Positions 1 to 12,765 of a DNA stretch of 64,000 nt are shown one piece after another. The DNA comes from the human T2T-CHM13v2.0 reference genome, Homo sapiens. The notes beneath the pieces were generated by a model, which searched no databases, was not told where the DNA came from, and saw only the letters and a program-made list of their open reading frames with translations. Numbering within the stretch: the stretch's first letter is position 1; the number at the start of each line of letters is the position of its first letter. The translations under genes were made by a program, and so were the position numbers. The stretch is taken from assembly GCF_009914755.1 (NCBI RefSeq), contig NC_060937.1, one strand, 5' to 3'.

Positions 1-474
1 TCAGAATTAGATATAATAGGTAAGTTTCTAATATCCAGGAAAAAAGCTGATACTTAGATGTCAGTAGGAAGATCTAAGAATCAAAACAGGAAAATTTCAA
101 AAAAAAAAGTAGTATAGGAAGAATATATCCATGGAGGAAACTGAAGGTTAAGAATTAAGAAAAATCATCTAGGTACCAGAACAAAGGGAAAAATATCAAA
201 TGAATACATCAACAAAGTCTTTCTTCAGGCCATTGGATATTGTAAAAGGCTGCATAATATCTGGTATCACTGCTTATACTATTGGAGCTGTTCATCTAGG
301 TCAACTGAAAAAAAATTGTGAGCATTAATAAGAGCTCTAATCAGAAAGTTTTCACTTTACCATACACACAGTTTCTCATTCTTTTCTCTAGGGCTTTCTA
401 CTAGCAAATGAGAATGATCATCTTTTCTTTCTTTGTGTCTGTTGCAAAATATTTTCCCCTTTGACTATGAGTAG

Positions 475-846
<372 letters not shown>

Positions 847-2691
847 TAAAGTATATTCTTATGATTCTCTTTATTCCTCACATCTTTTCTTTGTTCCTTC
901 ATTCCTGATTTTATTATTATTTCATATTCATTTTATGCTTGCATTCAAATCTAACACTATTTGATTTTCTTTTCAAACTGTTCTATCTTAGGCCATTCAA
1001 AGTTCATTTAGTTGTATCTTTGTTTCCTTCTTTGTCATAGTTCCACCAATCTGTTTTTTTTAGCACTTCTTTATTTGATAACATTACAAGATCCCCAAGA
1101 TATATCCTCTGTATTTTTTGCCCCATCCATAGAATAATCTATTTATTCAAGTCACCCTGGTACCTTTTATTGGAGAACTGTATGAGAAAAAAAATCCTGT
1201 GACACTGGTCTGACTGTTACCATTTAGGCTTTGTGTTTCCAAACTCTCCTGGCTGACAGACAAGGAAATATATGTGAGTATACTAATTGTGTGTATGTAC
1301 ATATCTATAATTACTTATCCATTTAATGATCTGTATGTATATCAAGCTAAAAATGAGGCTATATAGATGTCACCATAACTAATCTATTACCACGTGTATC
1401 ATTCTAGCTTCCTACTCTTTTGTTTGTCTTCCATTCCAACAGTGAGAAATCTGGCTTTCAGTATCTAACATCCAATAATTTAATGGTTCAATTACAGTTT
1501 GCATACATAGAGGTATTCAAATTGCCAATCTGAATTCTATCCCTGCAGAAAATGACTTTATCAACTAGGTTATGGTATTCATGTACAGTTCATTTTGCCT
1601 TAATCTGGCTGTCTTCACTCATTCCCAAAGTTACTTAGGAAAGCACCTCTCATCTTGTTCAGAGAGAGTGTTTCATACATTTCTTACACAGGTAGATTGC
1701 TTACTCATAATGGTACCCAATCCTAGTATCTCTTCACCTCCTAAATGATTACTTCAATTTACATACATCAATATTTACTCTTTATGGTGTGAGGTTATCT
1801 TTTGTGTTGCCAAATACATTAGCGTCATGTATCAACAATTACCGTATCACAGAGAATAGTTTTACCACTTTAAAAAGCCCTCTAGACTTTACCTACTGAA
1901 ATTTCACATCATCTCCTACCCCTACCTCCTCTCTCCCCTGGAAACCACTAATCTGTTTACTATTTCTATAATGTCTTTTAAAAATGTCATATAATTGGAA
2001 TCATAAAGGATATGGTCTCTTCAGACTGCTTTCTTTCACTTAGCAATACACATTTAACATGTCCCCACTTTCCTGTGGCTTGGTAGCACTTTTAGTCTGG
2101 TCATTGTTGGATAATATTGCACTGTTTGGAAGTACCACAGCTTGTTTATCTATTCATCTATTGAAGGACATCTTGGTTGCTTCCAGTTTTGGGCAGTTAC
2201 AAATAAAGTGGTCATCATTTCTGCATACAGGTTTTTGTACAGAAAAATAATTTCAAAATATTTGGGTAAAAATCTGCGACCACAAGTTCTGCATCATAAC
2301 ACTATGATAACATTTGTAAAGACAGTGGAAAACTGTCTTCCAGAGTGGCCATACCGTTTTGCATTTCTTACATTGGTAAAGAATTACTGTTAAATAAATA
2401 TAATCTCCTCTTCCTTCACATCTTCACCACCTCACCAGTATTTGGTATTGTCAGGTTTTGGGGGTTTTATTCATTTATTTATTTTTCTTCATCTAACAGG
2501 AAATAGTGGTAATTCTTCATATCAATTCAAAATTACTAATAACAAATGATGTCTGTCATCTTTTTGTATGCTTTCTTGCCATTTCTATATCTTCTTTAGT
2601 AACGTTTGGATCTTTAGCCCGGTTCACTTAGGTTATTTTAATGTTGCTGCGTTTAAAAAGTTCTTTATATATTTTGGATACACAGTAAGTC

Positions 2692-3402
2692 TGTATGTAT
2701 TTCTTAGAGATGCTGTAACAAAATACCATGAATTTAGTGGCTTCAAACAACAGAGATTTATCATCTCCTATTTCTGGAGGCTAAAAGTTCAAAATCAAGG
2801 TATTGGCACATGTATCCTTCCTCAGAAAGCTCTACAGTAGACTCTGTTCTTGCCTCTTCCTGGTTTCAAGTGGTTGATGGCAATCCTTGACATTTTCATG
2901 GCTAGGTGATATATCTCCATTTCTCCAGAATTGGTCCCTGGTTCCTTTCTTAGTTCATTTTGTGGGGCCATGTTTTCTTGGATTGTCTTGATATTTGTAC
3001 ATGATTGTCTGTGATTGGACCTTGAAGAGTTAGGTATTTATTGTAGTCTTTGCAGTCTGGACTCGTTTGTACCTGTCCTTGGGAAGGCTTTTCAGACGAG
3101 AGATGACTTGACTGCTGTGATTTAATCTGTGTGTGCTTTAGGTGGGACCCCTAAAGAAACATAATTTCAATCTCTGACTCTGCCTTCACATGGCATTCAT
3201 TGTGTGTCTATGTCCGTTTTCTCTTCCTGTGTAGACTTGAGTCAAGGGGTTAGAGACTGCCCTCAGAAGTTCCTAATCCAATGTGATTTCATTTGAACTT
3301 AATTATATTAGAAAAGACCTTATTTCCAAAAAAGGTTTGAAATTGCAGTTAAAGTTATCAGAGAGACCTGAATTTTGGAGAAACGCCACTTAAAACAGTA
3401 CA
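2692..3402. mobile_element. MLT1-type (ERVL-MaLR) solo LTR with an internal L1 fragment
   Basis: TG...CA ends, 5-bp TSD aagtc (2687-2691 and 3403-3407), and MLT1 motifs gctgtaacaaaataccat...tggcttcaaacaacag. Confidence 0.85.
2915..3155 (-). mobile_element. L1M 5'/ORF1-region fragment inserted inside MLT1
   Basis: gaagagttaggtatttattgtagtctttgcagtctgg resembles antisense L1M 5' sequence. No poly-A. Confidence 0.65.
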
Positions 3403-4819
3403 AAGTCCTTTATTAGATATGTATTTGAAAAATATTTTCTTATGGTGTTTTCTTGTCTTTTCATTCTTTTAGCTGTATTTTTTTTATAAAGCAGATGTGT
3501 TTAACTTTCAAAAATTCTGTATCAATCATTTTTTTCTTTATTTGATAATCAGTTTTTTTGTTATTGTTGTATGTAAAAATGCGTTGTCAAATCTAAGGCA
3601 ACCTACATTTTCTTCTATATTTTCTGCTAAAAATAAAAAAAAAAAAAGTTGTGCATATTATTTAGATTTTACGTTTGAATTTATGGTCCATTTTAAGTTA
3701 TTTTTAATGAAATATTTAACGTCTGTATCTAGATGTCTTTTCTTTTCTCTTTTCTTTTTTTGTGGTATATGGATGTCCAATTATTCTAGCACCTCATTGA
3801 AAAGACTGTCCTTTCTTTATTGAGTTTTTATTGCTCTATTGCCCAAGATCTGTTTATTATATTTGTGTGCATCTACTTCTGAACTCTTAATTCTGTTAAG
3901 CTATTTGCCAAACCTTTCGCCAATACCACACTATTTGATTCCTGTAACTTCAGAGTAAGTCTTGAAGTCAGGTATAGGGGTGCACCCCTTTGGTTTTTTT
4001 CAGTGTTGTGTTTCCACTTGATTCTATATATTGTGCTTTTTCACATATTATTTAGAACAGGTTTTTCAATATCTATAAAATAACTTCTGAGATTTTGATT
4101 AGAATTATACTGCATCTATAGATCCATCTGGGAATAATTAAGTTGTTTTCATTGTTGAGCCTGCCAATTCAAGAACACAGAATATCTCTACATTTATTTA
4201 GATAGCGACTTTATCAGAATTTTGAAGTTTCATGCATATAGGTCCTATATGCATTTTGTTAGAATTTTAGCTGAAGACTTCCCTATTTTTGATACTATTT
4301 CAAATGTATGCTGTTATAACTCTTAAATTTATATGTTCATTGATGATATATACAAAGAAAGGCAATTGATTTTATATATTCATCTTATATTCTGAGATCT
4401 CACAATATTTGCTTATTTGTTCCAGGTTTTTGTGATATTTTCGGGATTTTTGAGATACAGTATCAAGTCATTTGAGAGCAAAGAAGATTTTACATTTTTT
4501 GTTATACACATACTTTTAGTTTCTGTTTCTTGTCAATTGCTTTGCCTAGGTCTTTCAGTAAAATATTGAATAGGAGTGATGAGTAGAAACTTTTGCCTTG
4601 TTCTGATCTTAGCAGGAGAATCTGTCCATTTTTTTTACATTAAGTATGATACTGTGTTATTTGAGATATTCTTTACCAAGTTGAAACAAATTGTCTCTAT
4701 TTTAATTTTGCTTCGAGGTTTTATAATAAAAGAGTGTTAGATTTTTTTTCAGATGATACTTCTGCTTCTGTACCATCATGTCATTTAGAAAATTTTATTT
4801 ATTTTTTAACTTCTAGAAC

Positions 4820-7800
4820 AAATTTTTTCTTTTTTTAACTTTTATTTTAGATTCAGCATATATATGCAGGTTTGTTGTATAGGTAAACTGCATGTCACAG
4901 GGGTTCGGTGCAAAAATTATTTCATCATAGTACCTGATAGGTAGTTTTTTGACAGTTATGTTCCTCCCATCCTCCACCTTCAAGCAGGCTCCAGTGTGTG
5001 TTATCCTCTACTTTGTGTTCATGTCTACTCAATGTTTAGCTCCCACTTAAAAGTAAGAACATGTGGTATTTTATTTTCTGTTCCTACATTAATATGCTTA
5101 TGATAATGCTCTCCAACTGCTTCCATGTCGCTGCAAAGGACATAATTTTATTTTTTGGCTGTATAGTATTCTATGCTGTATATGTAAAACATTTTCTTAG
5201 GATTTTCTTGGCTGTATGGGCTCTATTTTGGTTCCATATGAATTTTAAAGTAGCTTTTTTTTCTAATTCTGTGAAGAATGTCAATGGTAGTTTGATAGCA
5301 TTGAATCTATAAATTACTTTGGACAGTACGGTCATTTTCATGATATTGATTCTTCCCATCTATGAGGATGGAAAGCTTTTCCATTTGTTTGTGTCCTGTC
5401 TTATTTCCTTGAACAGTGGTTTGTAGTTCTCCTTGAAGAGGTCGTTCACATCCCTTGTTAGCTGCATTCCTAGGTATTTTATTCTCTCTGTAGCAATTGT
5501 GAAGATGAATTCATTCATGATTTGGCTCTCTGCTTGCCTATTGTTGGTGTATAGGATTGCTTCTGATTTTTGCACACTGATTTTGTACCCTGAGAATTTG
5601 CCAAAGTGCTTATCAGCTTAAGGAGTTTGGGGGCTTAGAAAATGGGGCTTTCTAAATATAGGAGCATGCCATCTGCAAACAGAGATAATTTGTCTTCCTC
5701 TCTTCTTATTTGAATACTCTTTATTTCTTTCTTTTGCCTGATTGATGTGGCCAGAACTTCCAATACTATGTTGAATAGGAGTGGTAAGAGAGGGCATCCT
5801 GTCTTGTGCTGGTTTTCAAAGGGAATGTTTCCAGCTTTTGCCTATTCAGTATGCTATTGGCTGTGGGTTTGTCATAAATAGCTCTTATTATTTTGAGCTC
5901 CAAGACAATCCTAAGCAAAAATAACAATGCTGGAGGGATAGCGCTACCTGACTTCAAACTATACTGTAAGGCTACAGTAACCAAAACAGCATGGTATTGG
6001 CACCAAAACAGACATATAGACCAATTAAACAGAATAGAGATGTCAGAAATAAGATCACACATCTACAACCATCTGATCTTTGACAAACCTGACAAAAACA
6101 AGCAATGGGAAAATGATTCTCTATTTAATAAATGATGCTGGGAAAACTGGCTAGCCATATGCAGAAAACTAAAACTAGACCCCTTTCTAACACCTTATAC
6201 AAAAATTAACTCAAGATGAATTAAAGACTTAAATGTAAAACCCAAAATATTAATAACCCTAGAAGAAAACCTAGGCAATACCACTCAGGATGTAGGCATG
6301 GCCAAAGATTTTATGATTAAATCGTCAAAAGCAATTGCAGCAAAAGCTAAAATGGACAAATGGGACTGAATTAAACTAAAGAGCTTCTGCACAGCAAGAG
6401 AAATTAGCATCAGAGCCAATAGGCAACTTAACAATGGGAGAAAATTTCTGCAATCTACACATCTGACAAAGGTCTAATATCCAGAATCTACAAGGAACTT
6501 AAACAAATTTACAAGAAAAAACAAACATCCTATCAAAAAGTGGGCAAAGGAAATGAACAGACACTTCTCAAAAGAAGGCATTTATGTGGCCAACAAACAT
6601 ATGAAAAAATGTTCAACATCGCTGATCATTAGAGAAATGCAAATGAAAACCACAACGAGATATTATCTCATGCCAATCAGAATGGCAATTAGTAAAAAAT
6701 CAAGAAACAACAGATGCTAATGATGCTGTGGAGAAATAGAAACACTTTTACACTGTTGGTGGGAGTGTAAATTAGTTCAACCACTGTGGAAAACAATGTG
6801 GTAATGCCTCAAAGATCTAGAACAAGAAATACCATTTGACCCCACAATCCCATTACTGGGTATATACGTAAAGGAATATAAATTGTTCTATTATAAAGAT
6901 ACATGCCCACATATTTTTATTGCAGCATTATTCACAATAGCAAAGACATGCAACCAACCCAAATGCTCATCAACGATAGACTGGATAAAGAAAATGTGGT
7001 ACATATACACCATGGTCTCCAATGCAGCCATAAAAATAAATGAGATTATGTTCTTTTCAGGGACATGGATGAAGCTGGAAACCATCATTCTCAGCAAACT
7101 AACACAGGAACAGAAAACCAAACACCGCATGTTCTCACTCATGAGTGTGAGTTGAACAATGAGAACACATAGACACAGGGAGGGAAACAACACACATTGG
7201 GGCCTGTCGCAGGTTGGGGGCAGGGGAGAAAGAGCATCAGGACAAACAGTTAATGTGTGTGGAGCTTAAAACCTAGGTTACAGGTTGACAGGTGCAGCAA
7301 AACACCATGGCACATGTATACCTATGTAACAAACCTTCACGTTCTGCACATGTATCACAGAACTTAATATAAAAAAATTAAAAAGTGTATCTTATCAAGT
7401 CTACCATTGATAGGCATTTAAGTTGATTCCATGTCATTGTTATCAGAAATAGTGCTGTGATGAACATACACATGCATGTGTCTTTGTGGTAGAATAATTT
7501 ATATTCCTTTGGGTATATACCCAATAATGGGATTGCTAGGTCAAATAGTAGTTCTCTTTTAAGTTCTTTGAGAAATTGCCACACTGCTTTGCACAATGGC
7601 TGAACAAATTTACATACTCATGAGCAGTATATAAGCATTCCCTTTTCTCTACAACCTTGACAGCATCTGTTAGTTTTATTTTTATTTTTTTTTGGCTTTT
7701 TAGTAATAGCCACTTTGACTGGTGTGACATGGTATTTCACTGTGGTTTTGATTTACATTTCTCTAATAACTAGTGATGTTGAGCATTTTTTCATATACTT

Positions 7801-10800
7801 GTTGGCCTCTATGTATGTCTTCTTTTGAAAAGTGTCTGTTCACTTCCTTTGCCCACTTCTTAATGAGGCTCTTTTTTTCGCTCGTAAATTTGTTTAAATT
7901 CCTTTTGGATACTGGATATTAGACCTTTGTTGGATGCATAGTTAGCACAAATTTTCTCCTATTCAGTTGGTTGTCTGTTTACTCTGTTGATGGATTCTTT
8001 TGCTGTGCAGAAGCTCTTTAGTTTACTTTGATCCCATTAGTCAATGTTTTTGTTACAATTGCTTTTGGCATCCTTGTCATGAAATCTTTGCAAAAGCATA
8101 TGTCCAGAGTGGTATTTCCTAGGTTTTATTCTGGGGATTTTATAGTTTTAGAACATTCAAGTCCTTAATCCATTTTGATTTGACTTTTGTATATGTGTGA
8201 AAAAGTGGTTAAGTTTCAAACTTCTACATATGGCTAGCCACTTATCCCAGCACCATTTATTGAATGGAGAATCCTTTCCTCATTATTTGTTCTTGCTGAC
8301 TTTATCAAAAATCAGATGGCTATAAGTGTGTGGTATTGTTTCTGGGCTCTCTATTCTGTTCTATTGGTCTACATGTCTCTTTTTGTACCAGTACCATGCT
8401 GCTTTGGTTTATGTAGCCTTGTAATATAGTTTGAAGTCAGGTAACATGATATCTCCAGCTTTCTTAATTTTTTCTTAGGATTTGCTTTGGCCATTCAGGT
8501 TTTTTTGTTGTTATTCCATAGGAATTGTAGAATACTTTTTTCTACTTTTGTGTAAAATATCATTGGTTGTTTGATAGGAATAGTATTGAATCTCCAATAT
8601 AATTTGGCAGTATAGCCATTTAAATGATATAGATTCTCCCTACCCATGATTTCTTTCTATTTGTGTCCTCTCTGATTTCTTTAAGCAATTATTTGTAATT
8701 CTCATTGAATTACATAGAAATCTTTCATCTCCCTGGTTAGCTGTGTTACTATGTATTTTAATTTTTTTGTGGCTATTTTAAATGATATTGCATTTTTTGA
8801 TTTGTCAGCTTTGATGTTGTTGGTGTAAAGTAATGGTATTTGTTCCATACATTGATTTTGTATCGTGAAACTTTGCTTAAGTGGTTTGTCAGATCTAGAG
8901 GTTTTTTGTTTGTTTGTTTTTTAGAAAAGACTGTGGCATTTTCTAGGTATAAAATCAAATCATGTACAGAAATTGTTTTATCTCTTCTCTTCCTATTTGG
9001 ATGTCCTTTCTTTCTTTCTCTTGCCTGATTTTTCTGGCCAGGACTTCCAGTACTATGTTGAATAACACAGTTAGAGTGAGTATCCTTGTCTTTTTCCAGT
9101 TCTTAAGAGGAATCATTCCAGGTTTTGCCCATTCATTGTATTATTGGCTCTGCATTTGTCATAGATGGTTCTTAATACTTTAAGCCACATTCCTTAAATA
9201 CCTACTTTGTTTATGGCTTTTAACACAAAGGGTGTAAGAATTTCATTGAAAGGCTTTTCTGTGTCTATTAAGATATTCATGTGCTTTTTTTGTTTTGTTT
9301 TTTAGTTATCTTTGTGTGATGAATCACATTTATTGCTTTGTGTTTATTGAACCATCCTTTCATCACAGGCATAAAGCTTACTTGATCATGGTAGATTAGC
9401 TTTTTGATGTGCTGCTGAATTTGGCTTGCTGGTGTTTTGTGGGTGATTTTTGCATCTGTTTATCTAAGATGTTGGCATAAAGTTCTCTTTTTTTGTTGTT
9501 GTGTCTCTACCAAGATTTGCTATCAGAATGCTGCTGACCTCATAGAATCAGTTAGGGTGGAATCATTTCTCCTCAATTTGTTGTAACAGATTCAGTAGGA
9601 ATGGTACCAGATATCCTTACTACATCCGGTAGAATTCGGTTGTGAATCTGTTTGGTCCAGAGATTTTTGTTTTGGCTGGTAGGCTATTTATTACTGGTTC
9701 AATTTCAGAACTCACTACTGTTCTGTTCAGGGATTCAGTTTCTTCATGGTTCAATTTTGGGAGGTTGTATGTTTCCAGAAATGTATCTGTTTCTTGTAGG
9801 ACTTCTAGTTTGTGTCCATAGAGGTGTTTTTTGAGTGTTTTAAGTATTTCTGTGCGATTGATGATAATGTCTCCTTTGCCATTTATGATTGTGCTTATGT
9901 GGCTCTTCTCTCTTTCTTTCATTAGTCTAATGGTCAATCAATTAAATTTTTCAAAAAACTGACTTGTCTAATTAATCTCTTATATGATTTTTCATGTGTC
10001 AATTTCATTCAGTTCACCTCTGAGTTTGGGTATTTATTGTCTTCTGCTAGCTTAGGGGTTGGTTTGCTCTTGTTTTTCTATTTCCTCTAGGTGTGATGTT
10101 TAGTTGCGAATTCGGAATCTTTCTAACTTTTTGATGTGGGCATTAAGTGCTATAAACTTTCCTCTTAACACGGCTTTAGCTGTGTCCCAGGAATTCTCAT
10201 ATGTTGTATCTTTGTTTTCATTAGTTTCAAATAATTGCTTCATTATTGCCTCAATGTAGTTGTTTACCAAAAAGTCATTCAAGAGCAGGTTGTTTAATTT
10301 CCATGTGTTTGAATGATTTTGAATGATCTTATTTCTATATTATTTCTATATTATTGTGCTGTTATCCAAGAGTGGTTGAGATGATTTTGATTTTCTTGAA
10401 TTTGCTGATAATTGTTTTATGAACAACTAAGTGGTCAATTTTAGAGGATGTGTCATGTGTGGATGAGAAGAATGTATATTCAGTTGTTTTTGAATGGAAA
10501 CTTCTGTAGAGGTCTGTTAAGTCCACTTAGTCAAGTGTCAGGTTCAGGTTCTGAATATACATCTTTGTTTAATGCCTCAGTGATTGGTCTAATATTGTTA
10601 TTTGGGTTTTGAAGTCTCCCATTATTATTGTGTGTGAGTCTAAGTCTCTTAATGGTTCTCTAAGAACTTGTTTTATGAATATTGGTGCTCCTGTGTTGGG
10701 TGCATATATATTTAGAGTACTTACATTTTTTTTCCCTATTTGAACACTTTACTGTTATGTAATGCTCTTCTTTATCTTTTTTTCATTGTTGTTGGTTTGA

Positions 10801-11535
10801 AGTCTGTTTTGTCTGAAATAAACCTTCTCTTTTTTTGTTTTCTATTTGCTTGGTAGATTTTTCTCCATCCCTTTACTTTGAGCCCTTGGATGTCATTGCA
10901 TGTGAAATGGGTCTCCTGAAGGCAGCATAAGGTTGAGACTTTATTCTTTATCCAACTTCCCACTGTGTACCTTTTAAATAGAGCATTTAGCCCATTTACA
11001 TTCAAGGTTAATGTTGATATGTGCATATTTCATTTCTCATCATGTTGTTAGCTGGTTATTATGCAAACTAGATTGTGTGGTTGCTTTACATTGCCAATGG
11101 CCTATGTATTTCAGTGTGTTTTTTTGGTGGCAGTAATGCTCTTTTGTTTCCACATTTAGCACTTCCTTAAGGATCTCCTGTAAGAGAGGTCTGGTGGTAA
11201 TGAATTATCTTAGCCTTTGTTTGTCTGAAAAGGATCTAATTGCTCCTTTGATTATGAAGCTTAGTTGGCTGGATATGAAATCCTTGGTTGGAATTACTTT
11301 CTTTAAAAATGCTGAATATAGGCCCCCAATCTCTTCTGCCTTGTAGAGTTTCTGCTGAAAGGTACACTGTTAGCCTGGTGGGATTGCCTTTGTAGGTGAC
11401 TTTCCCCTTCTCTCTAGCTTCCTTTAATTTTTTTTTTCTTTTATGTTGACTTTGAAGAATCTGATGACTATGTGTTTTGGAGATTGTTGTCTTCTATCGC
11501 AGCATACGAGTGTTCTCTGCATTTTTTAAATTTAA
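4820..11535 (-). mobile_element. L1PA15/16-like LINE-1, 5' truncated in ORF1, interrupted at ~5195-7390 by a younger L1
   Basis: Antisense 3' UTR at 4830-5190 resumes at 7391. Minus-strand ORF2 fragments at 9620-9937, 10100-10282 and 10772-11026 (endonuclease N-terminus HISTLTLNVNGLN). Confidence 0.9.
5196..7385 (+). mobile_element. L1PA (L1PA8-like) 5'-truncated insertion with 5' inversion (twin priming)
   Basis: 5196-5897 is antisense ORF2. 5899-7385 is sense ORF2 3' end, 3' UTR and A-tail. Both parts start at the same L1 position (ccaagacaatcctaag). Confidence 0.92.
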
Positions 11536-11537
11536 AT

Positions 11538-12765
11538 CTGTAGTGTTGCTCCTTCATTTATTTACGATATGGGTAATTTTATATCCTAATATTTTCTTGG
11601 ATATTCTGGCTAGAGGCTTATCAAATTTATTGTTTTAAATTAAAAACCATATTTAAATGTATTGGTTTTATCCAATAGTTTTCTATTTTTAATTTCACTG
11701 TTTTTTGTTATAATTTAATTTTCTTTCCTTCTGTTTTACTAGGGCTTAAATTGTTCTCCTTTTTCTAGTTTCTCAAAGTAGAAGACTGGAGTACTGATAG
11801 CAAGAAAAAATTATTTCCTAATACATGCATATGAATTTTATAAATTTTCATCTATGCTCTGATTTTGCCAAATAGCGGAAATGCTGATAAAATTAATTTT
11901 ATTTGCATTTAGTTCAAAATACTTTAAAATTTTTCTTCAGACACCCTTTTTGGTCTATCTTTCCCTTTAGATATATATTTAATCTGTAAGTACTTGGGAA
12001 ATTTTCCAGCTGTCTTCTGTTATTGAATAGTTTTTGAAAAACTATTATATAAAGTATATAACTATAAATTATATATTTATTAATACATATTTGTAATACA
12101 TAAATTATTAATACATAATATTTATTAATACATAAATATCACACATTATTAACACAAGATGTTTATTAATACATAATTATTACATAAATATTATATAATG
12201 TTATATAATATATTAATATATAATATATTAATTGTATATTATATATAATTTATATATAATATATAAATGTGTATTAATAAATGCACATAATAATATATAA
12301 ATATTATGTATTAATAAATATGCTTGATATTAATATGCTCAATATTAATTAATATTAATATCGATTAATATGCTCAATATTAATATGCTCAATATTTATT
12401 AATACATATTGAGCATATTTATGATTTCTGTCTTAATTCCTGATGAAATCTAATGGATTTGTCCATTTTTACTAGCAGTTCCATTCATTTTTGCCTCATC
12501 TATTTTGGTACTATTTGTTTATGTGCATGTATATTAAGAATTCTATTTCTTCATGGATAATTGACTCTTTTTCATTATGTAAAATATTGATTTATCCTTG
12601 ATCAGTATGCTATGTCTGAAATTTATATAGCATCCTCAGTTTTCTTTTGCTTAGTGTTATCAAGGTAAATCTATTTATACTTTTTTAATTTTATAACATA
12701 TATGAATCCTTATATTTATGGTAGAATTCTTACAGACCATGTATAATTATTTCTTGCAGTTTTAA
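11538..12765 (-). mobile_element. Old L1M host resumes (ORF2 remnant), containing an AT-rich expansion
   Basis: Degenerate antisense L1 (ctggctagaggcttatcaaatttattg, ttttgcctcatctattttg). Confidence 0.7.
12040..12420. repeat. AT-rich low-complexity tract with internal direct and inverted repeats
   Basis: Almost only A/T. Units ttattaatac and aatatgctcaatat (x3) plus one inverted copy atattgagcatatt. Confidence 0.9.

Larger units (their letters stand above)
900..4790 (-). mobile_element. Old L1M (L1MC/L1MD-like) 3' end and ORF2 remnant, host of the nested cluster; interrupted by MLT1
   Basis: Degenerate antisense L1 motifs (ggacatcttggttgcttccagttttggg, gtaagtcttgaagtcagg, ttgaataggagtgatgag). 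Boundaries approximate. Confidence 0.8.

Noticed and set aside
5061-11026. Multiple ORF2p-like peptides as CDS
   Set aside because: Short frameshifted fragments of dead L1 copies. No intact ORF1 or ORF2.
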